In this document: piece after piece, positions 10,938 through 20,495 of the stretch | Layout: every line of letters starts with the position of its first letter | Numbering within the stretch: position 1 is the first letter of the stretch | From: an uncultured delta proteobacterium | GTDB taxonomy: Bacteria; Myxococcota_A; Polyangia; Polyangiales; Houyiibacteriaceae | Direction: 5' to 3' | DNA: 64,000 nucleotides | Assembly (NCBI GenBank): GCA_963699755.1 | Contig: CAVOVB010000001.1 | Coordinates: 448,001 to 512,000 of the forward strand | Position numbers and translations under genes: made by a program | The notes under the pieces: model-generated | Told to the model about the DNA's origin: nothing | Database searches by the model: none | What the model saw: the letters and a program-made list of their open reading frames with translations, nothing else

Positions 10938-11135
10938 ATTTGGCGCGCTCATCGGTCGGTGGCCGTGTGCGCTTCGGCGATTTCGCGGGTGAGGTTCAGG
11001 ACGCCGTTGACCACGATCTGTGCGCCGGGCCCGACGCCGAGCGTCCAGTACCGCCTGAACCATTTGCGTGCGTCCTCGAACGACCTTCGGAGCCTAGGAA
11101 GAACAAACGCCCTTTCCGCTTCGCGCGCCGCAAGT

Positions 11136-11197
11136 CGACATAACAAGTTGATACCGCGAAATTCGGCGCTCATCGTCCTCCCGATGGGCCAAGAGAG
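11136..11197. repeat. Diverged ~62-bp direct repeat, copy A
   Basis: cgacataa..taccgcgaaattcggcgctcatc..cccgatgggccaagagag, matching 11880-11940. Confidence 0.8.
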
Positions 11198-11309
11198 GCA
11201 CCGGCGGCAAGGGTTCTGAGCGTGTGAGCTCTGCACCTCTTTGATCACTCGTGGTCCGAAGAAATGGGGCAGGTCACCCGGCGCTCCGAAGCGCGACCTT
11301 TGTCTCCTA

Positions 11310-11771
11310 CTATTCGCGCCAGACTCGATAGAAATGGACGTTCTGCCTTCGGTTCACGACGTGACAGCGTGTCAACCCATCGTCGCTCAGCGAAAGAGCA
11401 GCGTCCAGATTGGCAGTGTCGCGCAAGACCTTCTTGTCAGCGGGGAACACTGCCTTGAAAAACCCAATGGGAGCATTTTCAATCGGGCTCGGAGCGAACA
11501 CAAAGCGCGTCTTCGTCTGAACGGGGTTCTTGGTTTCGAACCGCATCCAGGCGTCGTAGTGCTCGAGCCACATCGAACCGGCCCCTGCCAACCCCGACAC
11601 CTCGGATGATGACGTCTCGAACTCGTAATCGAAAAGAGATTCTGCAGAGACCTCAAAACCTCGACCGAAGACATAGCCAAAGATCCGAGTTCTGTTCATG
11701 TAGAGCAGAGAAATCGCAATCACGACAGCGAAAGAAATCGCTCCGATCTTCTTCTTGTCTCGACTGATCAT
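11310..11771 (-). CDS. Hypothetical protein with N-terminal TM, bracketed by the two repeats
   Basis: Open frame with a hydrophobic N-terminal helix and lower GC than the flanks. Confidence 0.55.
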   Translation of the reverse strand: MISRDKKKIGAISFAVVIAISLLYMNRTRIFGYVFGRGFEVSAESLFDYEFETSSSEVSGLAGAGSMWLEHYDAWMRFETKNPVQTKTRFVFAPSPIENAPIGFFKAVFPADKKVLRDTANLDAALSLSDDGLTRCHVVNRRQNVHFYRVWRE

Positions 11772-11879
11772 TGCTTGATGTCTCAAAGGTTCAGGCAAGC
11801 AACCGAACCCGCGATAGCGCGGCTGCTGTCAGCTCATAGCATAGCAACTACAGAAGCCCTCTCCGCACGCGTCACCACG

Positions 11880-11940
11880 CGACATAAGATCTAGTACCGC
11901 GCAATTCGGCGCTCATCTTGAGCCCGGTGGGCCAAGAGAG
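11880..11940. repeat. Diverged ~61-bp direct repeat, copy B
   Basis: cgacataa..taccgcgcaattcggcgctcatc..cccggtgggccaagagag. Confidence 0.8.
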
Positions 11941-12418
11941 CCTCGCTACCCTGTCGCCCCGCTGCGAAGCGTCGTGCTTCTTCGAACTCCTGGAGCCGAT
12001 CGCCTCCAATGATCTCGAGCACCTGTGCCATCGACGTCACGGGCGTCTCGGGCCGAGGCGCCGAGGGAATACCGCAGGCCTTGCACAAGAGTCGAAAGCA
12101 CTACCCAAGCCGTTCGTTTCATGGCGCGGAGGCTCGCACAACCTCCGCACCAACCCTACCCAGCTGGCTCGCGTTCGTGGCGATCGCCTCGATCGAGCCG
12201 TTCGAGCGCCGACGACACGAACGAACGCGCGGTGCCGATCGGGGAACATGCCACCGGATTGGGCGGCGCCTTTGCTCGGCTGTCTCTCGGTCAACGATTT
12301 CTATCCCAGTGGCGGGAAGCGACGAGCAAGCCCAGCGTCCTCGGCCCATGGCGGCTCACCCTGACACCCAAGGAAGCTCTTGCAGAGCTGCGGCCGGAAA
12401 TGTGACGCTGTGCGCTAG

Positions 12419-14363
12419 ATGATGATCAAGATACGCCTCGAGTGGGCCCTCCTTGCGCCGATCCTCGGGACCCTCGCGAGCGGCTTCGCGTCACCCTGCC
12501 CTGCAACTGCACAAGACGCCCGAAGCCCCGACGCCGGCACTGCCGCTGATGCTGGCGCCGCCGCTGTCCCCGTTGCCGCGGAGTCCGTCGAAGACGCTTC
12601 CGACGCAGAGCGAATCGTGCGGATACGTCGTGGCATCCAAGCTCGACAAAGAGAAGCTTCGCGGTCTTGATATCGAGCACCGCTCGCGTGTGAGGTGGTT
12701 CGAAGACCTCGCCGAGGGAATGACCGAGGTCGCGTCGCAGCTCAACGAGAACAAGGAGGCCCTCGAGCGCCTTGGGGAGAAGGCTGACCCGGAGGAGACC
12801 AAGGAGCTCAAGTTACGAATCGTGGAGCTCCAAGAGGACTATGACCTCTACAACCGACAGACCGATCTCGCACTCACAGCGGAAAAGAGGACCAAAGATC
12901 AAATCAAGGCGCTGACCGCCAAGATCGAGACGGATGAGCGTTCGCTCGCCGAGCTGACCGGGGACGCCCCGATTGCCCCGCGCGCGCGAGCCGTCGAACC
13001 TGCGCCCGTCCCCGCTGCCAAGGCGGCCCGAGATGCGCCAACCCCACCCAAAGAGGGTTCATCGGCCGTGACCGCGGCTCAGCTGCGAGCCCAAAAGGTT
13101 GTCGCGGACAAGGAGCAGGAGCTCGAGCGGGCCCGGTCCGAAGTCGAGCTTTATGTCGAGCGACGGCGGGCGCTCGAAACCCAGCTCAAGCTCGAGGAGG
13201 GTCTTGCCAAGACCGAGACGGATGAGATCGAAAACCTCGAGCGCGCCGTCGAGATTTGGCAAGAGCGTCTCGACCTAGCAACCGAAGAGGGCGACGAGGA
13301 ACGCGCAGCGCGGAGTGCCCGGGCAATCGATGGTCTCGCCGACATCATCGGGGAGGCGAAGAAGGCAACGGCGGTTCGCGCCGAGTATCGAGCATCCCTT
13401 CAGAAACGACTCGAGCTCGTCGGTGAGGAGCAACTTCGCGTCAACTCCGTGGCAGACCAGAAGCGCAAAGAGCTCGAAAGCGCCCTGCGGAGCCTCCTGT
13501 GGCTCGAAAGCCCCGTCCACCGCCAAAACATCGCGCATTGGGCGACGCACCGAGGGCCACGAGTTCTGCTCGTCATCGCGATAATCGCGTTCTTGCTCGT
13601 GCTCCTGCAGGTGAGCGCACGTGGCATCGCGCGGACATTCGTTCGACGCCGACGTGGAGGCCGCTCGGAAGGGACGGGGCGGGCCGATACCCTCGCCATC
13701 AGCTTTCGAAGCGCGGCGCGCGTCCTGATCCTGCTGATCGGCGTGATACTGATCCTCCAGGAAGCGGGATTGGACATTCGGACGGTGCTTGGTGGCGCGG
13801 CGATCTTCGGCGTGGCTGTCGCCTTCGGGGCGCAGGACCTGATGCGGGATTACCTCTCGGGGTTTTTGATTCTTCTCGAAGACCAGTATCAACTCGGGGA
13901 CTTGGTGACGATCGAGGGCATCACCGGGACCGTCGAGTCGGTGAACATGCGCGTGACCGTGCTTCGCGACCTCGAAGGGCCGGTTCATTTCATTCCGAAT
14001 GGCAATATCAAGAGCGTGACTAATCGAACGTATGGCTGGGCGCGCCCGGTGTTCGAGATCCCCGTGCGATTCGACGAAGACGTGGACCGCGTGATGGAGA
14101 CTCTCCTCGAAGTCGCGAACGGGCTGATGACCGACCCAAACTGGAAACCCTTCGTCAGAGGTGAGCCTGAGATGTTGGGCGTCGACAAGCTCACCGATCA
14201 CGGGATCATCATCAAGTTCATGGTGAAGACCGTGCCCGATCAGCTCTTCGCGGTCCGCCGCGAGATGCTGCGGAGGATCAGTAAGCGGCTCAACGAGCTA
14301 GGCATTCAAATCGCCGTGCCACACCGGTTCATCCAGCGAGAAATCAGCGATAAAAAGCCCTAA
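12419..14363 (+). pseudogene. MscS mechanosensitive channel with long coiled-coil N-region; frameshift at ~12636 separates the signal peptide
   Basis: GVAVAFGAQDL..D..SG...EDQYQLGD, IPNG motifs; signal-peptide ORF 12419-12670 shifts frame at ggcatccaagctcgac. Confidence 0.8.
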
Positions 14364-14429
14364 CCCCCGTTCCATCCGAGCAAAGTTCGACATGGGCCGG
14401 GACGAAGGGGCTGAGAGGATCCATCAGCG

Positions 14430-14999
14430 TCAACGGGAGATGGGCATCATTCCATCCGGTACCAAGCTCACCGAATGCGGCGAGCACAGCGAGTCGATGT
14501 AGACGAGGGGGTGGAAAGCGATCTCGTACGCGAGAGAGCAACTACCTTGTACGATCAGTGTTCCCGTCATCTCAGTGGCGGAGAGGACTCGCACTACGTT
14601 CCCCTCCGCTTGGATGCTGACCTCGCCGGCGAGGTCAGCTCGAGATCCACAGACGAACCCGAGATCCAACGGCAGCCCCCAACCACCCCGCAAGTGCAGT
14701 TGATCGCCGCAAAGCCGTCCCTCGATCCGGTACTGGTCGTCGACGATGATCGTCACGTCGTTGGCGTTCTGCTTGAACGACCAATGGGAACCGCAGGGTT
14801 CGAATGGAACCCCTGGTGTCACGTCGCAGCCTGGACTGCGGATCGTGACGAGGCCGCGGTCGGACCAGAACGTTCCATCCAGATTCGCCAGCGGCGCTTC
14901 GTCGCAGTCTGGAAGTGTTCCAGTTCCTGGGAGAAAACCAGGCTCGTCGCTGCAGCTCCCGAGTGCGATCAAGCTGTAAATGCAGAAGATCCAGCGCAT
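14430..14999 (-). CDS. Cys-rich hypothetical lipoprotein
   Basis: Lipobox LGSC after a hydrophobic leader. Confidence 0.6.
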   Translation of the reverse strand: MRWIFCIYSLIALGSCSDEPGFLPGTGTLPDCDEAPLANLDGTFWSDRGLVTIRSPGCDVTPGVPFEPCGSHWSFKQNANDVTIIVDDQYRIEGRLCGDQLHLRGGWGLPLDLGFVCGSRADLAGEVSIQAEGNVVRVLSATEMTGTLIVQGSCSLAYEIAFHPLVYIDSLCSPHSVSLVPDGMMPISR

Positions 15000-15101
15000 G
15001 AGGAGAGCCTAACACGCGGGGCTATCTCTTTCGTTATGGATGGTCGGTTGGTAGCGACGGGCGAATAAGCCGGAGGCGTTGAGCGCAGCACGCGGGGCTT
15101 G

Positions 15102-15118
15102 AGACATCTGCGATGTCT
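15102..15118. promoter_or_regulatory. Palindromic operator-like site upstream of xis-int
   Basis: AGACATC-TGC-GATGTCT immediately followed by TACAAT. Confidence 0.35.
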
Positions 15119-15210
15119 TACAATCCCACTTCTTGTCGCTCGATGGCGTGCTCGTTTTTCAGCATTTTCTGCTCGCGCAACGTTTCGGCGGGCAAAACCG
15201 ACAACCATGT

Positions 15211-15624
15211 ATGGGGGACACGCCCGACTCATATCAACCGCACGCGAACGCTCGTGATCAAGAAGCCCAAAGAAGACCGGCTCTCGATTCGCCCCTGCTG
15301 ACAAGACACGAGGCAGCAGGGTATTGTCGCGTGGGGCTACGGACGTTTGATCGACGCGTGTCGCCGCATGTGCGGGCGCTCTCCATTGGCGCCCGCATCT
15401 TGTTTGACCGAAGGGATATCGATACATGGCTCGAAACTCAGAAGGATGGGCGCTCAGTCGAGATCGGCGCACCGGTGCCTACACGGTCCGCTTCACGCAT
15501 CGGGGCCGACGCCAACACCGATCCACGGGCGCTCGAGATCTTGCGGGAGCTAAGGTCGAGGCGGCGCGAATCTACGCCGAGACTGTTTTCGGTCGCCGGC
15601 TGCAAAACCGACAACGAGAACTGA
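15211..15624 (+). CDS. Excisionase-like HTH protein overlapping the integrase start
   Basis: LLTRHEAAGYCRVGLRTF...IGARILFDRRDIDTWL; start codon uncertain. Confidence 0.7.
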   Translation: MGDTPDSYQPHANARDQEAQRRPALDSPLLTRHEAAGYCRVGLRTFDRRVSPHVRALSIGARILFDRRDIDTWLETQKDGRSVEIGAPVPTRSASRIGADANTDPRALEILRELRSRRRESTPRLFSVAGCKTDNEN

Positions 15625-16634
15625 AAGCGCTCGATGTCTTGTTCGCCGAGTGGCTCGGTTAGATCGAGTCCGAGATCGCGCCCGAGACCTGGAAGACCTT
15701 TCGCGGCTACTGAGTGAACCACTTTTTACCCTTCTTCGAGTCGGCCGAGCGGCTGACCGTGAGCTCGGTCGAGGACTACAGCTGCATGCGCTTGCTGCAC
15801 GTCACGCGACCCACCGTGGCCAAGGAGCTCTCGGCGCTCCGAAACTTTCTGGGCTGGGCGGAGCGACGGGGCGAGATCGACGAAGCCCCCGTCGTTCGAA
15901 ACCCGCCCAGACGTTCAACCGGAACCGCCTTCGACGGAGGGAAACGGGACAAAGTCCGCGTGGCGCTCACCAGCGAGCAAGCCGAAGCAATTATCGACTT
16001 TCTCCCAGATCGAACCCCGGTGGCCGGCCACCCCATCAAGGCCCTGTTCACGGTCATCTGGGATACGAGCCTCCGCATCGGAACCATGTGGCGCCTCGAG
16101 GTCCCGAAGCACTACAAGCGCGGAGACGACGTGCTTCGGATCTCACAGGACATCGACAAATCGAGATACGCCCGGTCGCTCCCGCTGACCCCCCGCGCCC
16201 GCCGCGTGCTCGATGCGATCTGCGAGGACGAGGGCCTCATCTTCCACCACTTCGAGTACCGGCGGATTCTGGCCCAAGCCGCGCGCAAAGTGCTCGGCAC
16301 CGAGCACGAAGCAGTACACTTGAGCGCCCACGACTTCCGCCACGCCGCCCTCACGCACATGGCCGCCGTCGGCAGCGACCTCACCGCCATCGGCCACATC
16401 GCCGGCCACAAGAACGCAACCACCACCGCCCTCTACGTGCACAACTCGGAAGCTGCTGCACGCCGCGCAGTCGCTCGTCGAGCCGGAATTCTGGACACCA
16501 AAGTGGACACCGACGCCGGCCAAGCGGCCGAAAAGCGTCCAGTGGTACGACCTAAGTTTTCGGAATCATGGGTGGGCCATCCTGGACTCGAACCAGGAGC
16601 CAATGGATTAAGAATCCACTGCTCTACCACTTGA
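15426..16634 (+). pseudogene. Tyrosine integrase with two in-frame stops
   Basis: One frame from the arm-binding N-terminus (YTVRFTHRGRRQHRSTG) through TAG 15660 and TGA 15711 to the catalytic SLR, HDFRH, AGH and Y motifs. Confidence 0.85.
16492..16511 (+). promoter_or_regulatory. Putative integrase arm-type sites
   Basis: Tandem TGGACACC x2 about 60 bp from the tRNA-Lys 3' end. Confidence 0.5.
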
Positions 16635-16645
16635 GCTAATGGCCC
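16573..16645 (-). tRNA. tRNA-Lys(CTT)
   Basis: GGGCCATTAGCTCAAGTGGTAGAGCA..CTT..GGTTCGAGTCC..TGGCCCA; CCA not encoded. Confidence 0.95.
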
Positions 16646-16665
16646 GATTTGCCGCGTTCCCGCGG

Positions 16666-16739
<74 letters not shown>

Positions 16740-16775
16740 TCTTTTCTGGGGATCTTTTCGCTTGAGGCCGGCTTT

Positions 16776-16836
16776 CCCCCTTCGCTCGCTCCCTGCGACG
16801 TACTCGAGTACGCCTCAGTCGTTCGCTACGGGGGGG
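16776..16836. repeat. REP-like palindromic element in the tRNA spacer
   Basis: Perfect core cgtactcgagtacg with C-run and G-run flanks. Confidence 0.45.
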
Positions 16837-16900
16837 CGCTCGCCCTCAAACGAAAATCTCTCCCACCAAAGATTGTTACGCAAGTCTGTCAAAGAGTTAG

Positions 16901-16976
16901 TGGGGTGAGTGACGGGAATTGAACCCGCGACACCCGGAGCCACAATCCAGTGCTCTACCACTGAGCTACACCCACC
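16901..16976 (-). tRNA. tRNA-His(GTG)
   Basis: G-1 present, GTG anticodon, encoded CCA. Confidence 0.95.
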
Positions 16977-17017
16977 AAAGGGGGCGGAGTCTAGCCTCAC
17001 TTCGCGGGTAGGCAAGG

Positions 17018-17542
17018 CTAGACACAACGGCCTTTTTCGTAATGCCTTCGGGCCCATTCCGCCATGGCAATGCCGGCGGCGACGCTGATGGGGTAGCTGT
17101 GATTGATACCGAACATCGGGATGCCGACGACTTGCTTGGCAGCCTCCAAAATCCCGGGCGAGCAGCCGTCGTCCTCGTTGCCGAAGACCAGGACGGCGTT
17201 CTCGGGGAGCTCGGCTTCCCAGAGGCCCACTTGGGCTTCGTCCTTTTCGAAGGCGACCAGCGGCCAGCCTTCCTTCTCCACCGCATCGAGGAAGATTCTC
17301 TCGCTCGGGAGCTCGACGATGTTTTCGTAGCGCTGCATGCCCATGGCCGCGCGCTCGTACCAGGGTTCGGTCCCAATCAAGATGATTTCCTTCACTAGGA
17401 ACGAATGTGCGGTGCGGACGATGGAGCCGATGTTGAAGGGGTTCTTGGCGCGGTCGATGGCGATGCGGAAGGGATGCCGAATGCGGTTGAGCTCGCTTCG
17501 GATTTCACCCCGGGGCATCTCAAACGAGGGGACGCGCGCCAT
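17018..17542 (-). CDS. TrmH/SpoU RNA methyltransferase
   Basis: NPFNIGSIVRT, VFGNEDDG, IPMFG..S..ISVAAGI. Confidence 0.9.
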   Translation of the reverse strand: MARVPSFEMPRGEIRSELNRIRHPFRIAIDRAKNPFNIGSIVRTAHSFLVKEIILIGTEPWYERAAMGMQRYENIVELPSERIFLDAVEKEGWPLVAFEKDEAQVGLWEAELPENAVLVFGNEDDGCSPGILEAAKQVVGIPMFGINHSYPISVAAGIAMAEWARRHYEKGRCV

Positions 17543-18091
17543 TTACTTCCACTTGATGGAACAGCCCATCGAAGGGACGTGCTCGAAGTCGACCGCGCGG
17601 CCTTCCAAGGCAGCGTCGAGGACGGCGCGGAGGTCGCGGCGGGTGACCTGTTCAGGCTGCTGCCAGTTGTCGTCGATGCGCCCGTTGTAAACGAGCTTGC
17701 GGTCGCGGTCGAAGACGAAGATGTCGGGGGTGCAGGCTGCGTCGTAGGCGCGCGCGACGCTCTGCGATTCGTCGTGGAGGTAGGGGAAGGTGAAGCCCTT
17801 GTCGGCGGCCCGCTTCTTCATGTTGTCGAAGGAGTCGGCAGGGTAGTTGTCGGCGTCGTTGGGGTTGATGGCGACGAGCTGCACTCCTTTGTTGCCGTAG
17901 TCTGCTTGGATTTCGAGGAGGCGGTCTTCGCTGGCGATGGCATACGGGCAGTGGTTGCAGGTGAAGACCACGACCAGGAGCTCGGCGTCGGCAAAAGAGT
18001 CGAGCGACCAGCGCTTGCCGTCCACGCCGGGCAGCGAAAAAGGCGGAGCGGGGGTGCCGACCGCCATCCCTTTGGAGTGCATCAGAGCCAT
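17543..18091 (-). CDS. Thioredoxin-family (AhpC/TSA-like) protein
   Basis: FTCNHCPY, GRIDD, GCSIKWK. Confidence 0.9.
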   Translation of the reverse strand: MALMHSKGMAVGTPAPPFSLPGVDGKRWSLDSFADAELLVVVFTCNHCPYAIASEDRLLEIQADYGNKGVQLVAINPNDADNYPADSFDNMKKRAADKGFTFPYLHDESQSVARAYDAACTPDIFVFDRDRKLVYNGRIDDNWQQPEQVTRRDLRAVLDAALEGRAVDFEHVPSMGCSIKWK

Positions 18092-18161
18092 GGCTACCCT
18101 GTAGTGCCGGCGGCGGGCCAATGCCAGCGGACGCGGCGAGCGTGTTAGGTTAACGACGACG

Positions 18162-19472
18162 ATGCCCGAAGGGGACACAGCGCATGACCCGTTGCTCGGA
18201 GCCACGCTCGGTGGGCTCTACCAGGTGCAGCGCCTGATTGGGGTCGGCGGCATGGGCCGAGTCTACGAAGCGACCCATCGAAACCTCGGCAAGGCGTATG
18301 CGGTGAAGGTCTTGCCAGAGGGGCGTGCGGACAAGCCCGATGCCGTCGAGCGCTTCCTGCGGGAGGCGAAGTCGGCGACCAAAATCGACCACGAGCACAT
18401 CGTCAAAGTGGTCAACTGCGACAGCGACGAGGAACACCGGCTCTTCATCGTCATGGAGCTCCTCGACGGAGAGAACCTGGCCGAGCGGCTCGAGCGGGGC
18501 GCCCTGCCCGTCGAGGAGGCGGTGGAAATCGCCCGGCAAACTGGAGAGGCCCTGCAGGCCGCCCATGACGCGGGCATCGTGCACCGGGACCTGAAGCCCG
18601 AGAACATCTTTCTCACGCAGAAGCAGGGCCGAGATTTCGTGAAGGTGCTCGACTTCGGCATCTCGAAAATCAAGACGCCGGAGCACGGCGACCCGAAGCT
18701 CACGGCGACGGACCAAATCATCGGGACACCGCTCTACATCTCGCCGGAGCTCGCGCGGGGCGTATCGGTGGTCGACCACCGGACCGACGTATACGCGCTC
18801 GGTGTCATCCTCTACGAGATGCTCACCGGCTCGCCGCCGTTCATCGGGCAGAATCATTTCCAGCTCCTCTACAAGCACGGGAACGAAGCGCCGGACCCAC
18901 CGTCGCATCGAAGCAAGAAGGCGAACATTCCGCCGCACGTCGAAGCCGCCGTGCTCCGTGCCATGGAAAAAGACCCGGCGGACCGCTTCGGCACGATGAG
19001 CGAGTTTTGTGATGCGCTGCGCGGGCCAACGGTGCCTCGCCGGGCATGGACTATCGGGATGCCCTTGCTCGCCGCGGCGCTCGTCGCTGCCGTGGCCTTC
19101 CTCTTGTGGCCGACGCCTTCCCCTGTGCAGGTCGCCGAACCGCTGGCACCTAGATCGCCGGCATCGCCCGCTGTGACAGAAAAGTCAGCCAGCCCCGCAG
19201 AAACTTCTCCAATCGAGCCGCCTGCCGAGGCGGTGAGCCTTGCCCTCGATTCGCGGCCTCGGGGCGCTTTTGTCTGGGTAAATGGTACCAAGAGGGGCCG
19301 GACCCCGCTCGAGGTCGAGCTCGACCGAGGGCTCCGGACGACGGTACGGTTTTCGCTTCACGGTTATCGCAGCGAGGAGCGCGAGCTGGTCCCCGACCAG
19401 GACGATGCGCTCCTGGTGCGCTTGAAAAAGAAAACCCGACCCAAGCCCTCACCGATTAAGACAGACTTCTAG
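18162..19472 (+). CDS. Membrane Ser/Thr protein kinase with C-terminal PEGA domain
   Basis: GVGGMGRVY, HRDLKPEN, DFG, TM helix, DSRPRGAFVWVNG..G.TP. Confidence 0.95.
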   Translation: MPEGDTAHDPLLGATLGGLYQVQRLIGVGGMGRVYEATHRNLGKAYAVKVLPEGRADKPDAVERFLREAKSATKIDHEHIVKVVNCDSDEEHRLFIVMELLDGENLAERLERGALPVEEAVEIARQTGEALQAAHDAGIVHRDLKPENIFLTQKQGRDFVKVLDFGISKIKTPEHGDPKLTATDQIIGTPLYISPELARGVSVVDHRTDVYALGVILYEMLTGSPPFIGQNHFQLLYKHGNEAPDPPSHRSKKANIPPHVEAAVLRAMEKDPADRFGTMSEFCDALRGPTVPRRAWTIGMPLLAAALVAAVAFLLWPTPSPVQVAEPLAPRSPASPAVTEKSASPAETSPIEPPAEAVSLALDSRPRGAFVWVNGTKRGRTPLEVELDRGLRTTVRFSLHGYRSEERELVPDQDDALLVRLKKKTRPKPSPIKTDF

Positions 19473-19475
19473 CCA

Positions 19476-20495
19476 GTGTTTGCCCGATTCCCGCTCGCGC
19501 TCCTCGCCCTGCTCTGCTTGGCGAGCCCCTCCTTCGCGGCTGCGCAGAGCAGCACCGAAAACGCCGAGGCGCGCGTCTACTTCGAGGAAGGAAACCGGCT
19601 CTTCGAGCAAGCGAATCGGTCCTGGGGCCCGCAGCGAACCGGGCTGCTTCAACGCTCGCTCGAAGCGTACGTAGACAGCCTGCAAATCGTACGGAGCCGC
19701 AACGCGCTCTTCAATGCGGCCATCGTCCTCGGCGAGCTCGGGCGCAACGCCGAAGCGTTCAACTACTTCAGCGAGTACCTGCTGATTGAAGGCTTGTCCG
19801 AGGCCGACCGACGGAACGCAACCGAGCGCCGTGACGCGCTTCGAGCTGACGTGGCGGTGCTTCGGGCGACGACCGAGCCTCCCGGGGCATTGCTCTGGGT
19901 CGACCGCAAAGACCTGGCGCCTCGTGGTGAGACACCGATCGAGCTCGCTTTGCCCGCTGGCGAGCACCGGGCCTTCGTCGAGAAGGAAGGGTACGAGCCG
20001 GTCGAGCGGGTGCAGACGATGGTGCGTGGGGAAACCGCCATGATGGAGCTGGTGCTCGTGCCGATTGTCGTCGAGCCTGTCGTGCCGGAACCGGAGCCAA
20101 TGCCCGAGCTCGCGCCGGAGACAACCCGTCCGCGGCTTCGCAACGCGGCCATTGGAACGGCGGCGAGCACCTTGGCGACCGCCGGCGTGGCGATCGGGCT
20201 CTCGGTCCACGCGCGGACGCTGCGAGACGACTACATCCAGGCCGCCGCGCAGTACCAGATGAGCCGCGAGCCGGCCGACTACCAGCGGGCCCAGGACCTC
20301 GCCGACCAGACCGAGCGCTTCAACCTGGCTGCGGACGTGCTCTGGGGAACGACCATCGCCCTCGGTATCAGCGCAATTGTGCTCTATGGAGTGCACCGAA
20401 AGAAGCAGAAGCGGGAGGCACCCGAGGTTGCGATTTCGATGTCGCGGCAGGGAGGCTTCGCATCGATTCGGATGCCGTTTGGAGCGGTCCAATGA
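19476..20495 (+). CDS. Exported TPR + PEGA domain protein
   Basis: Signal peptide, EARVYFEEG TPR-like helices, TEPPGA...GETP PEGA motif, C-terminal hydrophobic segments. Confidence 0.8.
   Translation: MFARFPLALLALLCLASPSFAAAQSSTENAEARVYFEEGNRLFEQANRSWGPQRTGLLQRSLEAYVDSLQIVRSRNALFNAAIVLGELGRNAEAFNYFSEYLLIEGLSEADRRNATERRDALRADVAVLRATTEPPGALLWVDRKDLAPRGETPIELALPAGEHRAFVEKEGYEPVERVQTMVRGETAMMELVLVPIVVEPVVPEPEPMPELAPETTRPRLRNAAIGTAASTLATAGVAIGLSVHARTLRDDYIQAAAQYQMSREPADYQRAQDLADQTERFNLAADVLWGTTIALGISAIVLYGVHRKKQKREAPEVAISMSRQGGFASIRMPFGAVQ

Larger units (their letters stand above)
1..16600. mobile_element. Right arm of a decaying integrative mobilizable/conjugative island integrated at the tRNA-Lys 3' end (left end outside window)
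   Basis: Relaxase at the left edge, xis + tyrosine integrase abutting the tRNA-Lys 3' end, heterogeneous cargo with several pseudogenes. The partner att repeat is not in the window. Confidence 0.7.

Noticed and set aside
1000..15000. Integron cassette array
   Set aside because: No palindromic attC sites or IntI-type integrase found; genes lie in mixed orientation.
15192..15615. 14-bp direct repeat gcaaaaccgacaac at 15192 and 15602
   Set aside because: Only two short copies, one inside coding sequence; no function can be supported.
15660..15713. Stop-codon recoding (Pyl/Sec or alternative code) in the integrase
   Set aside because: Neighbouring genes end in TAG and TGA normally and no recoding machinery is visible; nonsense mutation is simpler.
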